From assembly GCA_039679375.1 (NCBI GenBank), contig JBDKVA010000076.1, forward strand, positions 2,139 through 66,138: a stretch of DNA of 64,000 bases, written 5' to 3'. The DNA comes from Clostridiaceae bacterium (GTDB lineage Bacteria > Bacillota > Clostridia > Acetivibrionales > DTU013). The notes beneath the pieces were generated by a model. That model was not told where the DNA came from. It did not search any database and saw only the letters and a program-made list of their open reading frames with translations. Both the position numbers and the translations under genes were made by a program. Positions 56,901 through 63,049 of this stretch are shown here, piece by piece (position 1 is the first letter of the stretch; each line of letters opens with the position of its first letter).

Positions 56901-59900
56901 GGGGAATAAATATATCGCGGCGTATTATGTTTCTGCCGGGGAGCAAAATGTAGGGCAGATGCGTGCATTCCTTTCCGGAACGCTGCCCGAATATATGGTG
57001 CCGGGGACGTATACCAGGCTTGAACAGTTTCCGAGAACAGCAAACGGTAAAATAGACAGAAAGTCATTGCCGGAGCCTGTGTTGGTGCGCCAGTCTCTAG
57101 GTAACGAATTTATTGAGGCAAAAACAAGAAGTGAAAAAGTGTTGGAGGATATCTGGAAATCACTTTTGGGCACAGATCAGATCGGCATCCATGATAATTT
57201 TTTTGATGCAGGCGGCAATTCGCTTTTACTGGTACAAATGCATGCAAAAATCGAAGAAAAGTTTCCGGGGAAAATATCCGTTGCCAGAATCTTTGCTTAC
57301 CCGACCATTTCAAAATTAGCCGGCTTTCTGGATGAAGATTGTACCTTATCCATGGATGAGCGGAAAGCAGCTTCAACTGCTTTACAGGATGCGATGGAAT
57401 CAGGTGCTTGCGGGAAAGCACCCGTGAAGGATATTGCAATCATAGGCATGCACGGAGTATTTGCCGGAGCCGAAGACTTTGATGAATATTGGGAAGCTTT
57501 GAGGACCGGAAAGGATTGCACCAGAGAAATACCTGCAAATAGAAGGACGGATCTGGAAAATATTCTAGCATCGGCCGGAGCTGCGGATCAAAAAAGGAAT
57601 CCGGAATACATGCGGTGTGGGTATATGAAGGAAATCGACAAATTTGATTACAGCTTTTTTAATATATCTCCGCGGGAAGCAAGCTTTATGGATCCCAATC
57701 AGCGGCTTTTTCTGCAAACAGCGTGGAAAGCGGCGGAGGACTCCGGATATGGGGGAGGACTGCTAAGAGGGAGTAAAACAGGCGTATATGTCGGATATAG
57801 CAGTGATTTCGGAAAAGAATACAAGGATATCATCCGGCTGACCGGAGAGGATCCTGCAGCTCAGCTGGTACCCGGAAATATCAAATCAATTATCGCAGGC
57901 AGGATCGCATATCTGATGGATCTGAAAGGCCCGTGCATTACGGTCGATACAGCCTGCTCATCCGCCCTTGCCGCCGTTCATCTGGCCTGCAGCGGAATCA
58001 GAAACGGAGAATGCACAATGGCGCTGGCCGGGAGTGTAAAAATAAGCCTTACGCCGTTTGACACGGACAGGGAAAGCAGAACAGGCGCAGGGCTTTCGAA
58101 CGGAAAGGCAAGGGTATTTGATGAAGCTTCGGACGGCACAGGCTTTGGAGAAGGTGTTGCGGCGGTTTTACTCAAGCCGCTTGACGAAGCTGTTCACGAT
58201 CGCGATCATATATATGCGGTCATAAAAGGTAGCGCAATGAATCAGGACGGCGCCTCCGTCGGGTTAACGGCGCCGAACTCCGCCGCCCAGGAAGAGCTTA
58301 TATTGCAGGCATGGGATAATGCAGGGGTGGATCCCCTTACCATTTCCTATATTGAGGCAAACGGAACGGGAACTAAATTAGGGGATTCTATCGAAATCGA
58401 AGCTATTACCGGAGCATTCAGAAAATATACAAACAGAAAACAATTTTGTGCGATCGGTTCAGTGAAAGGCAATATGGGGCATCTGGATCATACGGCAGGT
58501 ATGGCCAGGCTTATTAAAGCGGTGCTGTCATTGAAAAACAGCATGATACCGCCCACTCTGCATTTTGAAAATCCAAATACGATGATTGATTTTACAGGTT
58601 CACCGGTATATGTAAACGACAAACCGGAAAAATGGGAGACGGCGGGATTCCCGAAGAGGTGCGGAGTCAGCGCTTTCGGCTTAAGCGGGACGAACTGCCA
58701 TATTATACTGGAAGAGCCGCCATTGGGAATGCCTGCGCGGGAAGATAAAGCAAGCCCGGAAGTCAATATTCTGTCGATGTCTGCAAAAAGTAAAGCGACG
58801 CTTAAGGAAATCGTCCGGCAGTATAAAGCATTTCTCGGGAAGAATGAAAAGATTGATTTAAGGGATGTTTGCCATACGGCTAACACCGGAAGGGGACATT
58901 ACAATTTCAGGTTGGCTGTTATGTTTAAAAGAAGGGACGACCTTACGGACAAAATTGAAACGCTTATCAGCTCCGATCTGGATATTCGCAATCATAACAG
59001 CATACATACCGGAGAATTTAAGATAATATCAGGACAGCATTGCATGGGTAAAATGGGAGAACTGACACAGGAGGATGTAAAAAAGCTAAATCAGGAAGTG
59101 AATATTATTTTAAAAAGGATGGAAGAAGAGCCGGACAATGAAGTTTTACATGGAGCTTTGTGCGGTTTGTATGTAAAGGGAGCGGATATTGACTGGAATA
59201 AGCTCTATACCGGTAAAGGATCAAAACGGGTAAGTCTGCCGACCTACCCGTTTGAAAGAAAAAGATGCTGGATTGAGCCTGTAATAGATGAAAGCGGATA
59301 CCGGCCAAACGAATTGAACTGCTCTGCAAATCGCTCCCGCATAATGAATGTAAGGCTTGAGGGGAGAGATGACGGACGCTACACGGTAACGGAAATGAAA
59401 ATAAGCTCAATATGGGGAGAATTATTGGGGCTTGATGTAATCAATATACGGGATGACTTTTTCATGCTAGGCGGCAACTCACTCATAGCGCTTAGGTTTG
59501 AAGCGGAAATGGAAAAGAAACAGCTTAAGGTTGATCATTCTATGGTTTATACTTATCCGACAATTATAGGATTGGCGGAATACCTGGATAAAAATGATAA
59601 ACATCCTGATACAGATAGCGGACAAATGATTAACAGCACTGCTGCAATGATTGCGGGAGCAAATATGGATTGCCGCGAGAAAGGGATTGAACTTGAAAAT
59701 ATCGAGCCATTCAACGATATTATCTATAAAGGATGCTTTTACAGCGCTTACCTTCCGGTAGTAAACCTGTATGGAATACCGGTGCTTGCTGTTTTAGTAA
59801 ATGAAGTCAGTACGTATAAATTACTGGATGATGGAAAAACCAAAATACTTAATATTGATTATCTGCCAGGCAAGCCTTTCTATGCCTTGTCCGAAAGTAT

Positions 59901-60723
59901 GGGCATCAAGGCATACGTCAGGCATAAGTCCGGCGATATCATCAATGATACATTAACAGCGCTTCGAGGTAACAGGCCGGTTATAGTATGTGTCGATCTG
60001 TATCATGTATCAATTAGACCGGATATGTATAACAAGACGCATGAACCGCATTGTTTATTGATTTATGGTTTTGAAGAAACCGGGCAAGTATTCCGTATTC
60101 TTGAACACCGCCATTCAGGAAGCCTGGTGTATGAAAAGCGTACGTTAAGATATGCGGATCTGGAAAAGTCATATGCAGGATACCTTGATCATTTCAATAA
60201 ATTGGATATAATAAAAAGCAACCTTTATAATCTGGAATATATAAATGATAAGGAAGCCCCGTCATTCTTTGAGTTTGACAGGATCGGACAGAATAATACC
60301 GTTACCGACATGGATGTTTTAGGGGTTTTCTCTGTGAACCTTAAGTGTCAGGAGAAAAAAGTCCAGGAAGGATTGGAATGCTTGAAAGCCTTTTCACCGG
60401 AGTTTGCAAAAGTAATTTTGGATGAGCAAAAGGCCGTTAAAAATGCAGAAAATATCATCGTCTTTCTTAGCGAGGTGATACTTTCAAAACAGGCCGAGTA
60501 CTATAGAAATTCAAAGCTGTTGGAGCACCGGCCTGAATTGCATGAAGCACTTAATCAAAGTCTTGTATATTGGAATTTCATCAGGGCGAATATTGGTAAA
60601 ATGCACTATACATCGAAGTATAGAAGGGGAAATATGGAGGATTGTGCTGAAAAGTTGAATTCGATATATCAGCTTGAAAAAAGTTACTATGAAAATCTGT
60701 ATTCTATATTGAATAGTAAATGA
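53983..60723 (+). CDS. Hybrid NRPS/PKS terminal protein: docking - C - A(Gly-like) - T - KS0 - [linker] - ACP - BtrH-like papain-fold domain; likely start ATG 54013
   Basis: Docking 'IDEFVAGLEDKKIKLWAEGDSLRYKAPAGVITKEVLKSLSDKKAAILDYLK'. C 'HHIISDG'. A 'YTSGSTGKPKA'. T 'GGNSL' (Ser 57220-22). KS 'TACSSA' (Cys 57955-57) but 'EANGTGT' (Asn 58360-62 where His is expected). 'YPFERKRCW'. ACP 'GGNSL' (Ser 59479-81). The C-terminal ~340 aa carry Cys (59734-36) and His motifs. No TE, R or terminal C domain. Confidence 0.9.
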   Translation: MQPQYSGGSHMFGNQEVKPVEQSIDEFVAGLEDKKIKLWAEGDSLRYKAPAGVITKEVLKSLSDKKAAILDYLKYKDAGGIFSIPISKAGEKECYPLSAAQMRMFLLNRLDDSSTAYNLTQVLKIKGEIDKERLHAVLRQLAARHEALRTSFEMADGRPVQRIHDDVDFEVDYQEADAADENIAGIIKDFIKPYDLSKAPLFRFKLVKLIGTDGKPSYILIQDMHHIISDGVSEGLLVREVNGLFSGKRLPDQRIQYKDYAEWHEKLLKSSGIQRQKQYWLERLKPEIPLLNLPTDHARPPIFSFEGSSLKFRIGRGMVCKLHNLARENRVTLFTLLLAAYAILLERYTGQDDIMIGTPVAGRRHADILNTIGVFINTLALRISYAPESSFAEFLKSLGQDVLQAFDNQDYPFANLVDDIVVKRDMSRNPVFDTMFILQNMDVDEIKVEGLEISGYEFDKGMAQFDITLIATEIKDEIEIELNYCTSLFSEDTIRRFGAHYINILAYMSEHPEVRLREIDMLSDAEKHQLLYEFNNTTVPYPKEKLVHSLFEEQVRRTPGNVALVLRDRQVTYKKLNDMANCIANKLREKGADRNSIVGILANRSFEMLAGIIGILKSGGAYLPIDPGYPEDRINYMIEDSETRVLLTMSHLKCKIGFDGETVFLDELDYADSPAVDPEIINRPEDLAYMIYTSGSTGKPKAVMISHRALNNFIRGMTDKIEFRQEKSILALTTVCFDIFALETHLPLTCGMKVVIADENQQMDSKLLYDLITEHNIDMLQMTPSRMKLLLSNKNSANCLNKVTDIIVGGEMLSDNLLKEISSITKARIFNAYGPTETTVWSALKELSGSEQVNIGRPIANTQIYILGSTNRLQPVNVTGELCIGGDGLARGYWKREDLTKEKFITNPHTNSRIYKTGDLACWTADGELKLAGRMDHQVKIRGYRVELEEIEKQLMGYTGMEDCVVTAREDSLGNKYIAAYYVSAGEQNVGQMRAFLSGTLPEYMVPGTYTRLEQFPRTANGKIDRKSLPEPVLVRQSLGNEFIEAKTRSEKVLEDIWKSLLGTDQIGIHDNFFDAGGNSLLLVQMHAKIEEKFPGKISVARIFAYPTISKLAGFLDEDCTLSMDERKAASTALQDAMESGACGKAPVKDIAIIGMHGVFAGAEDFDEYWEALRTGKDCTREIPANRRTDLENILASAGAADQKRNPEYMRCGYMKEIDKFDYSFFNISPREASFMDPNQRLFLQTAWKAAEDSGYGGGLLRGSKTGVYVGYSSDFGKEYKDIIRLTGEDPAAQLVPGNIKSIIAGRIAYLMDLKGPCITVDTACSSALAAVHLACSGIRNGECTMALAGSVKISLTPFDTDRESRTGAGLSNGKARVFDEASDGTGFGEGVAAVLLKPLDEAVHDRDHIYAVIKGSAMNQDGASVGLTAPNSAAQEELILQAWDNAGVDPLTISYIEANGTGTKLGDSIEIEAITGAFRKYTNRKQFCAIGSVKGNMGHLDHTAGMARLIKAVLSLKNSMIPPTLHFENPNTMIDFTGSPVYVNDKPEKWETAGFPKRCGVSAFGLSGTNCHIILEEPPLGMPAREDKASPEVNILSMSAKSKATLKEIVRQYKAFLGKNEKIDLRDVCHTANTGRGHYNFRLAVMFKRRDDLTDKIETLISSDLDIRNHNSIHTGEFKIISGQHCMGKMGELTQEDVKKLNQEVNIILKRMEEEPDNEVLHGALCGLYVKGADIDWNKLYTGKGSKRVSLPTYPFERKRCWIEPVIDESGYRPNELNCSANRSRIMNVRLEGRDDGRYTVTEMKISSIWGELLGLDVINIRDDFFMLGGNSLIALRFEAEMEKKQLKVDHSMVYTYPTIIGLAEYLDKNDKHPDTDSGQMINSTAAMIAGANMDCREKGIELENIEPFNDIIYKGCFYSAYLPVVNLYGIPVLAVLVNEVSTYKLLDDGKTKILNIDYLPGKPFYALSESMGIKAYVRHKSGDIINDTLTALRGNRPVIVCVDLYHVSIRPDMYNKTHEPHCLLIYGFEETGQVFRILEHRHSGSLVYEKRTLRYADLEKSYAGYLDHFNKLDIIKSNLYNLEYINDKEAPSFFEFDRIGQNNTVTDMDVLGVFSVNLKCQEKKVQEGLECLKAFSPEFAKVILDEQKAVKNAENIIVFLSEVILSKQAEYYRNSKLLEHRPELHEALNQSLVYWNFIRANIGKMHYTSKYRRGNMEDCAEKLNSIYQLEKSYYENLYSILNSK

Positions 60724-60741
60724 CAAATTATAGGGGATGAT

Positions 60742-60999
60742 GTGTTGAGCAGCGTATATGAAAAAATAGTGGAAATAGTAAAAAGGCATCTGTATGAAAT
60801 AGCGCCGGAAATGGAAGTGACACTTGAAAGCAGGTTAATAGACTTAGGAATTAATTCAATAGGGTTTATAAAAATAATCGTTGAAGTTGAAAATGAATAT
60901 GATTTTGAATTCAATGACCTGGATTTGGATTTTAAAAAGTATGTTACGATCAAAGATTTTTGTGATTATATATTAAAAAAATACATTCAATTAATATAG
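60742..60999 (+). CDS. Stand-alone acyl/peptidyl carrier protein
   Basis: 85 aa with a GTG start after AGGGGA. 'LIDLGINSIGFIKIIVEVENEY' has the D-x-G-x-x-S phosphopantetheine-attachment motif (Ser 60856-58). It starts 18 nt after the terminal megasynthase gene. Confidence 0.7.
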   Translation: MLSSVYEKIVEIVKRHLYEIAPEMEVTLESRLIDLGINSIGFIKIIVEVENEYDFEFNDLDLDFKKYVTIKDFCDYILKKYIQLI

Positions 61000-61079
61000 G
61001 TCAAAATAAAAAATAAACTGTAGCAAATATATCGATCCTAGGATATAATGTAAGTGGTGTTTATAAATAATGTTGAATG

Positions 61080-61330
61080 ATGGCTGCAGGAGAGTTCCGC
61101 AAGTAGCGGGAGCCGAAGAAGTAAGCTGTACGGGATAGTCAGCCCGGCGGTGAAACTTTCAGGAAAAAGGGCTGCAGTCGGACAATACTCTGAAAAGCTG
61201 ATCAACAGCACCGAAGGAGCAAGATTGCCGGAGTGATTTGCAGGAAAGCGAATACTTCGGCCATGGAATCTCTCAGGTTCATAAACAGAGGAAGATGACA
61301 AGTGTTATTTGTCGTTTTCCTCTGTTTTTT
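61080..61330 (+). promoter_or_regulatory. Tandem glycine riboswitch with terminator-type expression platform
   Basis: Aptamer 1 is 'GGCTGCAGGAGAG...GGGAGCCGAAGAAGTAAGC...CTGCAG'. Aptamer 2 is 'CTCTGAAAAG...CACCGAAGGAGCAAG...CTCTCAGG'. The terminator AACAGAGGAA...TTCCTCTGTT plus a T6 run lies at ~61284-61332. gcvT follows. Confidence 0.85.
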
Positions 61331-61332
61331 AT

Positions 61333-61393
61333 TTAGGGAACATGTCCAAAGGCATGCGTCCCGAAATCGAGCGGGGCCCGACGCCCCCGGGAC
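61333..61393 (+). repeat. Copy B of the ~61-nt two-hairpin element (copy A at 17843-17903)
   Basis: TTAGGGAACATGtccAAAGGCATGcGTCCCgAAATCgAGcGGgGCcCGAcGCcCCCGgGA. It lies between the riboswitch terminator and the gcvT RBS. Confidence 0.6.
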
Positions 61394-61455
61394 TTCAATC
61401 AGATGATTTATGCTATATTGCTGCAATATATTTTTGATAAAGGAAGGATGTTGAG

Positions 61456-62565
61456 ATGATGGATATGGATAATCATGGTCAGGTCAAAAAAACCCCTCTT
61501 TATGAAGCACATGTAGCTGCGGGAGGAAAGCTTATTGATTTTCATGGCTGGATGCTGCCTGTACAGTACAGCGGCGGTATACTGCAGGAGCATGAAAGCG
61601 TGCGGACAAAAGCAGGGCTGTTTGATGTATCACACATGGGAGAAATTGAGGTCAGCGGTCCTGATTCTTTTAGTTTTCTCCAATCACTGCTGGTAAACGA
61701 TATCGTCGCCAAGCCAGGGAAGGCAGTATATTCGCCCATGTGCTACCCGGATGGGGGAACGGTGGACGACCTTATTGTCTATAAGCTATCGGACGAGAAT
61801 TATTTGCTGGTGGTAAATGCTTCGAATTCGGATAAGGATTTCCAGTGGATCAAGGATAATAAAAAAGGAAAGGTATCCGTTATCAATCATTCCGATGAGT
61901 ACTCCCAGCTGGCTCTTCAGGGTCCCAAGGCAAAGGATATACTCCAGCGGCTTGTTTCGATGGACCTTGATAACCTGCGCACCTTCCAGTTTGTTAACAA
62001 TGCTGCGGCAGGGGGAATCAGTATGATCCTTTCAAGGACCGGCTATACAGGGGAAGACGGGTTTGAACTGTATTGCCGTCCCGACGAGGTAAATAAACTT
62101 TGGGATTTGCTGCTGGAAAAGGGCAGACCATACGGCCTGGTCCCGGTAGGACTTGGAGCAAGAGATACGCTGCGGCTTGAAGCAGATTTGCCTCTATACG
62201 GGCAGGAACTGTCGGAAACCATCTCACCTGTTATGGCTGGACTAAAACGTTTCATTAAGCCTGACAAAGGCGATTTTATCGGGAAAGGGCCGATCGTTGA
62301 TCAATTAAATGGAAATATAAAGCAAAAGCTGGCGGGATTTGAAATGACAGACCGGGCTTTACCAAGAACGGGCTACGAAGTCTATTGCGGTACGGAGAAG
62401 GCAGGCTATGTCACAAGCGGAGGCTTTTTCCCGACATTAAAGAAAAATATGGGGCTGGCGTTGCTGGATGTGGACTGTGCGAATGAGGGCAATATGATCA
62501 AAGTGAAAGTGAGAGAAGGTCTGTATGCTGCAAAAATAGTCAAGCTTCCTTTTTATAAAAGGTAG
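61456..62565 (+). CDS. gcvT: Glycine cleavage system aminomethyltransferase (T protein)
   Basis: 369 aa with 'TPLYEAHVAAGGKLIDFHGWMLPVQY' and 'GLFDVSHMGEIEVSG'. AAGGAAGG RBS. Confidence 0.95.
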   Translation: MMDMDNHGQVKKTPLYEAHVAAGGKLIDFHGWMLPVQYSGGILQEHESVRTKAGLFDVSHMGEIEVSGPDSFSFLQSLLVNDIVAKPGKAVYSPMCYPDGGTVDDLIVYKLSDENYLLVVNASNSDKDFQWIKDNKKGKVSVINHSDEYSQLALQGPKAKDILQRLVSMDLDNLRTFQFVNNAAAGGISMILSRTGYTGEDGFELYCRPDEVNKLWDLLLEKGRPYGLVPVGLGARDTLRLEADLPLYGQELSETISPVMAGLKRFIKPDKGDFIGKGPIVDQLNGNIKQKLAGFEMTDRALPRTGYEVYCGTEKAGYVTSGGFFPTLKKNMGLALLDVDCANEGNMIKVKVREGLYAAKIVKLPFYKR

Positions 62566-62661
62566 TTTGAAAGCAGGGGGTTTAGCCAGGTGACTTAAAG
62601 TGAGCAGGCAGGTAACAATATTATAAATTGAAATATGAATTAATAAAAATAGGAGGTTTTT

Positions 62662-63045
62662 ATGAAGACTTATCAGGGAATGAAGTATTCGAAGGAACAC
62701 GAATGGGTCAGGGAGGAAAAGGGTCTGTTGTATATAGGGATCACAAATTATGCCCAGCTTGCGCTGGGAGATATCGTATTTGTTGAGCTCCCCAAAGAAG
62801 GCAAGAAGCTTCAGGCCGGGAATGTACTGGGTGTTGTGGAGTCTGTCAAGGCTGCATCCGACGTTTACTCGCCGGTATCGGGAACGGTAGCAAAAATAAA
62901 TAAAGCTTTGATCGATTCTCCCGAATTGCTGAACGCTGAACCTTACGAGAACTGGATGGCTGCTGTCCAGCCTAATGACCTTTCTGAACTGGAAAAACTG
63001 ATGGACGAGGTACAGTATGGGGAATTCTGTACAAAGGGGGCATAA
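62662..63045 (+). CDS. gcvH: Glycine cleavage system H protein (lipoyl carrier)
   Basis: 127 aa with 'YSKEHEWV' and the lipoyl-lysine motif 'VESVKAASDVYSPVSG'. AGGAGG RBS. Confidence 0.95.
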   Translation: MKTYQGMKYSKEHEWVREEKGLLYIGITNYAQLALGDIVFVELPKEGKKLQAGNVLGVVESVKAASDVYSPVSGTVAKINKALIDSPELLNAEPYENWMAAVQPNDLSELEKLMDEVQYGEFCTKGA

Positions 63046-63049
63046 GATT

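Noticed and set aside
61080-61330. Idea that the glycine riboswitch regulates the PKS/NRPS cluster.
   Set aside because: The riboswitch lies downstream of the last cluster gene, reads toward gcvT, and has its own terminator and downstream RBS. It is the standard gcv leader.
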